Source of the DNA: an uncultured Candidatus Poseidoniales archaeon
GTDB taxonomy: Archaea; Thermoplasmatota; Poseidoniia; Poseidoniales; Thalassarchaeaceae
Direction of reading: 5' to 3'
Assembly (NCBI GenBank): GCA_902573085.1
Contig: CACGHY010000002.1
Coordinates: 4,925 to 68,924, forward strand
Length of the DNA stretch: 64,000 nucleotides
Shown here: positions 57,457 to 64,000 of the stretch, piece after piece
Layout of the letters: every line of letters starts with the position of its first letter
Numbering within the stretch: the stretch's first letter is position 1
Notes under the pieces: model-generated
Told to the model about the DNA's origin: nothing
Databases searched by the model: none
The model's input: only the letters and a program-made list of their open reading frames with translations
Translations under genes and position numbers: made by a program

Positions 57457-59634
57457 TCACATAATGAAATATGGATTGTTTTCAGTTATCTTCATGTGTC
57501 TTACAACCAATTCGACATCAGCGATTATCGGCCCCTTGTCATCTGGCAATTGATGATCTGACTTCATTATGGTGTAGTCCTCAACGGTAATGGTAGCACT
57601 CTCCCTTGTGGTAGCACTTCCGGGTTTAGTTAGGGTGAAGGTTATGTCATTCGTGTTCTTGTGATGCTTCCTTTGCCTGAGTTCGTCCCAGAACCTGTCA
57701 TCCTCCACCAATGCCTTGAATGTGAATGAGTATTCTCTCTTTGCCTCAGTTATGTCAAGAGGCATCTGGGTAGCACCCCTCTGCACTTGATCGGTGGATT
57801 GCGTGGTTCCTTCGTAACCCCTGATGTACCACCTTGCTTCCGTGCTGTTGCTGACTGAGATGTTGAACTCGGTTGCTCTCAAGACCGGACGACCGAAAAC
57901 GGATATGCTGATGTCTTGGAAGAGGTATGGTTTCTCTCCGCTAGTAGCAATTCCACTCACCTTTCGATTTGCGGTGGTGTTGGCTGTGTTCTCAAACATC
58001 CTGTGGGGAGAGAACATATTGTTGGTATCTGTGTAGTGCCTCGTTGCTTGGTAAGATGCCTCCAACTTCAACTCGCCTTCCGTGTTAGCGGACAAGGATG
58101 CCTCGGATACTTTGCAACCACTATACATCCTAAGCAATTGCTCGCCGCCGGGTGTCTCATCGCTGTTCCTGTACGACTGCTCAATCATGAAGGAGGGGAG
58201 GGTGGTGTGGCCGAAGAAGGTGTGTTCAACCCCGTTCTGCAACTCCTTCGTAGTGGCGTTGATGTTTGGACTGCCCCTTGCGTCATTGGAGGAATAGACT
58301 ATCCTGTCGATTCCACACTTGTTTACCGCGTGAGAGAACATGAATGGCTCCTCGACATAGATGAAGTCTCCATCGGTGGCGATTATCCTCCTGACCTCGT
58401 GCTTGAACACAGAGGGCGCAACATCGTCCTGTCCGGGTATGTTGTGAGTCTCTGAGTCTATGATCTGAACGTAGTCACCCACGGAGAACAAGGCTCTCAG
58501 AGTCGCACCGACATTCAAACGAATATCTCCAACCGAACAGGCGGCGGCTAGTGGTGGGAGGAGGAATATCGTCTTGTCTGCCGCTAGAGCCGCAGTAGCC
58601 GCACCTGAGTCTATGTCTGCGATCGTCTGAATCGTGTGTGATGAGATTGCCCCATACGATGCGTACTTGATTTCCCCTCCGCTAACGACCTTGAGGACTC
58701 CTCCACTCGCGTTAGTCGATACGAAGATATTCTTGGAGTCTGTCACTAGCACCGTGTCATCGCTTGATGTCGAAGTGGACTTTGCACCTATTAGCACGTT
58801 GTCACCCGTGGCAATCCCACTAAGGCTGTCGAGGCCGGAGAACACCGTTCCGCTAGTTGCCACGGAGGCTATGTCCACATCGTTTCCATTGGAAACCTTC
58901 TCGGCCTTGTAAGTCGCCGCGCTGACTGCATCAACGATATTGAATGGCTTCGCACTAACCGTGTTGCTTGAGCCTGTCTTTGTAGCCAACTCTCCTTGAC
59001 TCTTGGCGGTGTGACCTCCTAGAGCGTACTTCATCCACCTCAGAGTGTGAGCGTTGAGAGAGATGCTTCCCCCATCGAGAGTCTCTCTTCCGCTTGTTAT
59101 CACATTGACATCCCTGCCCAAGCCAACGACGTGTTGCTTCCTCACGTCAATCTGAGGTTCCGGTAGTGCGAATGACTCTAGCAGACCTATGAATTGGTCG
59201 CTCTTTACTTTCTGACTGTTCGTAGCATCAGACATCCCTGCCTCAAAGGTAGGCGTTCTAAATGAGTCGATTACTAGGTTATCAGAACCACCCGCCGCTT
59301 GAGATGCACTCGTAGCCAATGCCGGTTGGACAGTAATCGTACCTAGTGACGTGTCATTGGCCGTAATGTAGTATGACCTACGAGTGGTTGCGAAGTTATC
59401 TGCGGAGAAGTTTGTTCCTCCCTCGATCCTCAACACACATCCAACCAGAGCATTGTCCGGCATCTCGACGACGGTCGATGAGCCGGTGTGCCAGTATGCA
59501 CTTGAACCCACAGTTATGACGCTCGTACTGCCAGAAGTGGACGTAAGTGTCCAAGTTGCCCCATCACAGCGTAGTCCTGTTTCTTTGCCGAACGAAACTT
59601 CGGCCAAATCACCCTTGAATAACGCATTTGCCAT
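57457..59634 (-). CDS. Putative major tail protein (tube with insertion, or sheath), 725 aa
   Basis: Position upstream of the chaperones and tape measure. The Ser/Thr/Gly/Ala-rich beta-type sequence gives no diagnostic motif, so the assignment is by synteny. Confidence 0.55.
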   Translation of the reverse strand: MANALFKGDLAEVSFGKETGLRCDGATWTLTSTSGSTSVITVGSSAYWHTGSSTVVEMPDNALVGCVLRIEGGTNFSADNFATTRRSYYITANDTSLGTITVQPALATSASQAAGGSDNLVIDSFRTPTFEAGMSDATNSQKVKSDQFIGLLESFALPEPQIDVRKQHVVGLGRDVNVITSGRETLDGGSISLNAHTLRWMKYALGGHTAKSQGELATKTGSSNTVSAKPFNIVDAVSAATYKAEKVSNGNDVDIASVATSGTVFSGLDSLSGIATGDNVLIGAKSTSTSSDDTVLVTDSKNIFVSTNASGGVLKVVSGGEIKYASYGAISSHTIQTIADIDSGAATAALAADKTIFLLPPLAAACSVGDIRLNVGATLRALFSVGDYVQIIDSETHNIPGQDDVAPSVFKHEVRRIIATDGDFIYVEEPFMFSHAVNKCGIDRIVYSSNDARGSPNINATTKELQNGVEHTFFGHTTLPSFMIEQSYRNSDETPGGEQLLRMYSGCKVSEASLSANTEGELKLEASYQATRHYTDTNNMFSPHRMFENTANTTANRKVSGIATSGEKPYLFQDISISVFGRPVLRATEFNISVSNSTEARWYIRGYEGTTQSTDQVQRGATQMPLDITEAKREYSFTFKALVEDDRFWDELRQRKHHKNTNDITFTLTKPGSATTRESATITVEDYTIMKSDHQLPDDKGPIIADVELVVRHMKITENNPYFIM

Positions 59635-59677
59635 TGCTATCGAGCGGAACTAGAAGGTCAATTGTCCTTAAGCAGTT

Positions 59678-59947
59678 CTATTCATCTGCCTTTTCGGACT
59701 CATCTGAGTCTTCTTCTGCCTCGTCTTCCGTTATAACGTCGGTTTCTGGCTGTGAAGATCCGGCGTTTCTAGCGGCTATTCCATTGTTTATTTGAGAGAT
59801 GTCTCTCTTGAGACTTCCCAAGGCAGACTCCACTCCTGAAACAAAATTCTGCAAAACGTTCAGATATGCGGTCTTGTCACCGTTATCTATCTGCAATATT
59901 CTTACTGCGTCTTCCATTGATATAGTAGTCTGCCCTTCATCAGTCAT
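59678..59947 (-). CDS. Small acidic structural-module protein (89 aa)
   Basis: Track ORF with an acidic C-terminal tail, EDEAEEDSDESEKADE. Confidence 0.5.
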   Translation of the reverse strand: MTDEGQTTISMEDAVRILQIDNGDKTAYLNVLQNFVSGVESALGSLKRDISQINNGIAARNAGSSQPETDVITEDEAEEDSDESEKADE

Positions 59948-59997
59948 TATCCTAGTCCAGACATAAATGGTTCATAAAGATGTCAGTCCTAACAGGA

Positions 59998-60372
59998 CTA
60001 TTTCAGCCACTTAGGTGCTTTAGGGAAGTTCTGCATAGCCTCTTCGGGACTGTCCATGTTGGTGATGTCCAACAGATCTTGTCTGTATTTGGCTAATTGA
60101 TTCTGCTTGGTCTTGGTCAAGGTATTGTAAATGATTACCCCTTGATAGACATCGACCTTTCTCAACAGGATTGTTCTGTGTTCCCTAATCTCATGCCAAT
60201 CCTCTGCTAACCTATTATCATCGGTTATGCTTTCATCATAGTAGGGGCCACTAACTCCCTTTGGCAGACCCCATGAGACTTTCTTCTCGATTTTGATGTC
60301 TATCACATTGCCATCCTCATCGAAGATTGGCACTTCTATTTCCTCGACTTTCTTCTCTCCTATGTGTTCCAT
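59998..60372 (-). CDS. Putative tail fibre assembly chaperone (Tfa-like), 124 aa
   Basis: Lies directly downstream of the fibre gene. The C-terminal half HRTILLRKVDVYQG...QLAKYRQDLLDITNMDSPEEAMQNFPKAPKW resembles the Caudo_TAP pattern (R..LL..D....W..YR..L.D......P....WP..P). Confidence 0.4.
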   Translation of the reverse strand: MEHIGEKKVEEIEVPIFDEDGNVIDIKIEKKVSWGLPKGVSGPYYDESITDDNRLAEDWHEIREHRTILLRKVDVYQGVIIYNTLTKTKQNQLAKYRQDLLDITNMDSPEEAMQNFPKAPKWLK

Positions 60373-60381
60373 GTTATCGCC

Positions 60382-63300
60382 TCAGAAGTTTGCTGTGTGC
60401 CTTGTGAAGTAAATATCAGCCCTTACGACATTGTGTATGTTGAGTGTCCCTGACTGCCTTCTAAAGGCATATGTCTTCAACTTGTTCATAGTCACATCAA
60501 GGCCCGAAGCGACATACACATAGAGATTCCCGTGCGCGTTCGTCATGTCGTTCGCCACATCGAAGGTGAAGTCTGAAACCACGTTAGCCGCATCAGCACT
60601 ATGAAAAAGTCTCCAAGTTTGGTCTGCTGTGCTAGTCTGTGAGGAAGAGAAGTTGTATGTGATTACGACTGCTCGTAGTTTGGCATCATATGGCAGAGTG
60701 AAGTTATTGATAGTACCTTGACCATCGTGACTCAGATTGTATAACCCTGAGCCATCGCCTGATGCGGTTCCGTAGGCTTTTCGATAGAAAGTCTCCTTCT
60801 CCCAAGTGTTCCACCCATTAGGCCCGCTTACCGTGACCGCACCGCCTTCCACTTGAATAGAAGGTATAGCACCGTCTGTTCTGTCAGTCCTAACATACAA
60901 TGTTGCGTTATCAGCATAAACGCTATCCTCAACCAAAGTTACTAATGGGTTTGATGTGCTTGAATCATTACGATAAGCGTAAATTGTCGGGACGCTACCA
61001 TCTGTCGATTCGACCTTTAGCATGGCGTTGGGTGTTGTGTCACCAATGCCGACTAAGCCCGCAGTTGTGACTGTCGCCCTCACGGAACCGTTGGTCTTGA
61101 GTTGGAAGTTGTGATTTGTCGTAGTTCCGATGATTCCTGCGCTCGCCTGTGCTTGGACATTGACTGTTGCACCGCTTGTCCTACTGAGGTTTATGTCACC
61201 GTTGCCTCCCCCTCCGCCTATGATGTCCAAGTCACCGCTTGGAGTGGTGTCGTTGATTCCCAAAGGCGCGGAGAAGTAGTTCTTGTCCTCGCCGGTCTGG
61301 TACATACCCCACTTAGTACCAACTTGGTCTGCTTGGGTCACAGAGTAGTTCCCGTACCACATATACGCATCGGTGACGACTGCCGCATCACCCGCCCCTG
61401 TGTCCACGTTATGATCGAAGAACCCCTCGTACACCCTTGCTGATGTTATCGTGATGTCGCCGCCTGTCCTGCTACCACCAATATCAACCTCGGAGGAAAC
61501 GCCTCTGATGTTCGGTAGGTTCGTAGCCCTGTTTCCACTCACTATGGTCTGTCCACGCGCACCGTGAGCATTCGATACTATTCCGGTGTCTTGTAGCGAT
61601 ACATATCCAAGAGAACCATACATGGCACTTACTGTGGAGTTCGCAGTCGAATCGTCACTCGCCGCCACGAAGTAGCCACCTGCCACGTTGGTGGTCGCAG
61701 TAGTGGGGCTACCGGCTCTCTGTGTCTCTGCATATCCATAAACGGCATAGACCGCATCGGCATCTCCATCGCCGTTTAGCCTCGTATCCGACCAGATACC
61801 GTACAGTCGGTGTTCGTTGGATTGGTCGCCGCCCGTTGCAGATGAATCCGCATCAATATACAAACCGCCTTGCTCCCTGTCGCCACCTGTCGCTCCGCTT
61901 CCTGATGAGTCGTGATCGATGAAGATGGCGAAGTCGCCGTCCGTAGCGGGGTTTGTCGCATTGTGGTCAATGTGTATGGGGTAAGAAGGGGCAGACACGT
62001 TTATTCCTAGATTGCCCGCATCGCTCAGTCTCATCTTCTCTGAACCCGATGTCTCAAAGAGAATGTGTCCTCCTGTCCCTACGTTCTCACTATCTGCTCT
62101 GATGCTCAAACTACCATTGTTATTGATGATGCGAGCAGTTGGGTCATTGGTAGCATCAGTATCTATCAGTTTTAATTCTGGAAGGGTGTTGGATACAAGT
62201 AGTGTAGTATTGACCGTTGTGAGAGCATCTTCCACCTTTACTCTTTGTGTGCCATTTGTCTTCAGGGTAATATCCTTGCTTGCACCTGCCATGATGATGT
62301 CAAGTCCGTTTCCATCTGTGATTAGCCGAGCATCGAAGTCATCGGAGAATGGAGTCTTCATGTCTATGAAAGCACCTGATGGGCCACCAACCTCTATACT
62401 AGCAAAGCCACTAGCCTTGTTGAGATTCAACCTCTCTGCGGTTATGTCACCTGCCACGTCTAGTATAGTCGAAGGGCTGTTAGTGCCTATTCCAACACGA
62501 TTGGCACTAGCATCAGCGAAGAAGGTTGCATCACCCGCGTCTGACTTCATCAACACATCCACGTTTCTCTCGGTATTGTTGAATGTGATTTGGTTGGATG
62601 CAATTCGTAGGTTCTCTCTTGGAGTTCCCATTTCATACAGTTTGAATTGGAATGCGGCATTTTCAGTAGCATCGGTTTCATCTTCAATGAAGTTTATGAT
62701 TTCACCATAAGTCACTTTCTCATCATTGTCATTCTCGCCTGTGAACTTGATATTACCGATAACATCGTTCACGGCGGGAGAAGCAGAATGCCTATACAAG
62801 TCGAATGTAGGTGCGGAGGCATTACCCGCCTCTGTTGATTCTAGCAACAACAACGTGCCAGTTGCGGTGCTTTTGACATGAAGTGGTGCATCGGGACTCG
62901 TAGTGCCTATTCCTAATTTATGTGTCACCGCAACTATTGAGTTAGCACCATCTCCACTATCTCTTATCCTAAGAGCCTCGTATGTGCTTGACCCGTTCTT
63001 ATCCACCATGAAGGTGTGTTGTCCCGACCAACCTCCTGTGCTTCCTTTGGAATGATAGACCATCTCATCGAAGGGTGAACCATCATTGCTCGTAGTTGCA
63101 TAGATTCGCTTCTCTCTGAGTGGACTGCCCGTTTGAATTGCTAATCCAGATGCGCTAGATATTGACAAAGGATAGTCAGGACTCGTATCGGCCCCTATTC
63201 CGAGATAACCCGCAGAGGTCAGCACCATTCTTACTGCGCTGTTTCCATACCAACGGAGATCATCAGAACTGTTAGCAGAATACATGACCCACGGCCCGCT

Positions 63301-64000
63301 TGAATCGGATGCCAACTCTATTGCCGCTTCGTTGTCTGTGGATTCGACCTTTATTTTCTGCACTCCTGAACCACTCACATGAAGTTTAGTTGCCGGACTC
63401 GTAGTGCCTATTCCGACCAATCCGTTATCCAAGATGGACATCCTCGGCTCAGTCTCGACTGAGTAGTTGAACTCGTTTGCTTGGTAGTAGGGGTCTTTTT
63501 GGAGATAAGAACCCGCACCGAAGTCTAGCCTGTAATCCCCAAAGGCAGATCTAGCCACATGGCTTATCGAGGAACCAATCCTACCGCCGCTTCCACTCTG
63601 GTCGTTGCCCATGAAGCCGATGACTGCTGTTGTGGGGCTATCCGAGTCCACGATGTCGCCATCGAGTAGGCTCTCCCTCAGTCCGACTACATTGGTGAAC
63701 GTACCAATGCCTGTTCCAGAATTGAAACTGTAATCAGCAGTAAAGGAGTCACCTGTCCTGTGAATGTAGTATGTCCCGCTTGTGGGCATGGCTGATTGTC
63801 CACTACCTCCATCAATCGTGAATGTCTCAGGGTGGTTGATGACTACCGCATTGTCATCCACAGCCGCTATCGCATTGTCACCGCTTGATGGTATGCCTGT
63901 GAGCGTGAATGTGCCATCGCCATTGTCGGTCTTGCCCGTGTAGGTGAACGTATCCTGAGTGGCTCTTATCTCTGCCCTGCCACTCGATGCGAAACTACTA
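60382..64000 (-). CDS. Tail fibre-like protein, over 1205 aa, 5'-partial (frame stays open to the right edge)
   Basis: The track starts it at GTG 63861, but the same frame has no stop up to nt 64000 (...TFTLTGIPSSGDNAIAAVDDNAVV...). It carries at least seven repeats of [LV]-G-I-[GN]-x-x-[ST]-P-x-x-x-L-x-[VI]. Confidence 0.75.
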   Translation of the reverse strand, partial: SSFASSGRAEIRATQDTFTYTGKTDNGDGTFTLTGIPSSGDNAIAAVDDNAVVINHPETFTIDGGSGQSAMPTSGTYYIHRTGDSFTADYSFNSGTGIGTFTNVVGLRESLLDGDIVDSDSPTTAVIGFMGNDQSGSGGRIGSSISHVARSAFGDYRLDFGAGSYLQKDPYYQANEFNYSVETEPRMSILDNGLVGIGTTSPATKLHVSGSGVQKIKVESTDNEAAIELASDSSGPWVMYSANSSDDLRWYGNSAVRMVLTSAGYLGIGADTSPDYPLSISSASGLAIQTGSPLREKRIYATTSNDGSPFDEMVYHSKGSTGGWSGQHTFMVDKNGSSTYEALRIRDSGDGANSIVAVTHKLGIGTTSPDAPLHVKSTATGTLLLLESTEAGNASAPTFDLYRHSASPAVNDVIGNIKFTGENDNDEKVTYGEIINFIEDETDATENAAFQFKLYEMGTPRENLRIASNQITFNNTERNVDVLMKSDAGDATFFADASANRVGIGTNSPSTILDVAGDITAERLNLNKASGFASIEVGGPSGAFIDMKTPFSDDFDARLITDGNGLDIIMAGASKDITLKTNGTQRVKVEDALTTVNTTLLVSNTLPELKLIDTDATNDPTARIINNNGSLSIRADSENVGTGGHILFETSGSEKMRLSDAGNLGINVSAPSYPIHIDHNATNPATDGDFAIFIDHDSSGSGATGGDREQGGLYIDADSSATGGDQSNEHRLYGIWSDTRLNGDGDADAVYAVYGYAETQRAGSPTTATTNVAGGYFVAASDDSTANSTVSAMYGSLGYVSLQDTGIVSNAHGARGQTIVSGNRATNLPNIRGVSSEVDIGGSRTGGDITITSARVYEGFFDHNVDTGAGDAAVVTDAYMWYGNYSVTQADQVGTKWGMYQTGEDKNYFSAPLGINDTTPSGDLDIIGGGGGNGDINLSRTSGATVNVQAQASAGIIGTTTNHNFQLKTNGSVRATVTTAGLVGIGDTTPNAMLKVESTDGSVPTIYAYRNDSSTSNPLVTLVEDSVYADNATLYVRTDRTDGAIPSIQVEGGAVTVSGPNGWNTWEKETFYRKAYGTASGDGSGLYNLSHDGQGTINNFTLPYDAKLRAVVITYNFSSSQTSTADQTWRLFHSADAANVVSDFTFDVANDMTNAHGNLYVYVASGLDVTMNKLKTYAFRRQSGTLNIHNVVRADIYFTRHTANF

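Noticed and set aside
9892-59653. Numerous 60-230 aa antisense or out-of-frame ORFs within the giant genes and other long CDSs (e.g. 15685..16233-, 11086..11637-, 39309..39650+, 43686..44171+, 62012..62710+, 57916..58455+)
   Set aside because: They are fully embedded in much longer ORFs that carry recognisable motifs or repeats. They show no coupling or SD signals, and their composition is typical of shadow frames.
1-64000. Searched by eye for an integrase, transposase, att-like direct repeats, rRNA, CRISPR arrays, and lysis or terminase/portal/capsid genes
   Set aside because: No motifs of these classes were recognised in any listed ORF. This absence is stated with limited confidence because no HMM search could be run.

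Overview
The window reads as part of a head-tail virus genome, probably archaeal. That inference rests on a group II chaperonin (thermosome), a PriS-type archaeo-eukaryotic primase, an XPF/ERCC4-(HhH)2 nuclease, an MCM-like AAA+ ATPase and many mini zinc-ribbon ORFs, alongside a classical caudoviral tail module. All function calls come from motifs read by eye in the translations; no database or HMM search was possible. The window has three blocks. (1) 1-8749, minus strand: at least 16 tightly coupled genes, continuing past the left edge, that all start with one leader peptide (M-T-A-F-D-x-A-W-x-[LIV]-[VIL]-K, often followed by M-P-[IVF]). The leader is fused to unrelated C-terminal domains: PARP-like ADP-ribosyltransferase x3, ParB/Srx-like x2, GNAT, an HExxH motif, zinc ribbons and unknowns. 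This is the most unusual feature; I read it as a possible cargo or effector array addressed by a shared targeting peptide. (2) 8750-9751: a roughly 1 kb gene-free, locally GC-rich divergent control region with phased A-tracts, C-rich iterons and TAGAC repeats, possibly an origin or control region. It is followed on the plus strand (9752-36655) by a 2091-aa ArdC-like polyvalent protein punctuated by three near-identical hydrophobic PALLDPS modules, then many small coupled genes, the thermosome and a replication/recombination cassette. (3) 36645-64000, minus strand: a tail module with a fibre and its assembly chaperone, a major tail protein, G/GT chaperones with a CCCTTTG -1 frameshift site, a tape measure protein, and two giant adhesin-like ORFs of 2205 and 2717 aa. 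No rRNA, tRNA, CRISPR array, integrase or transposase was recognised.
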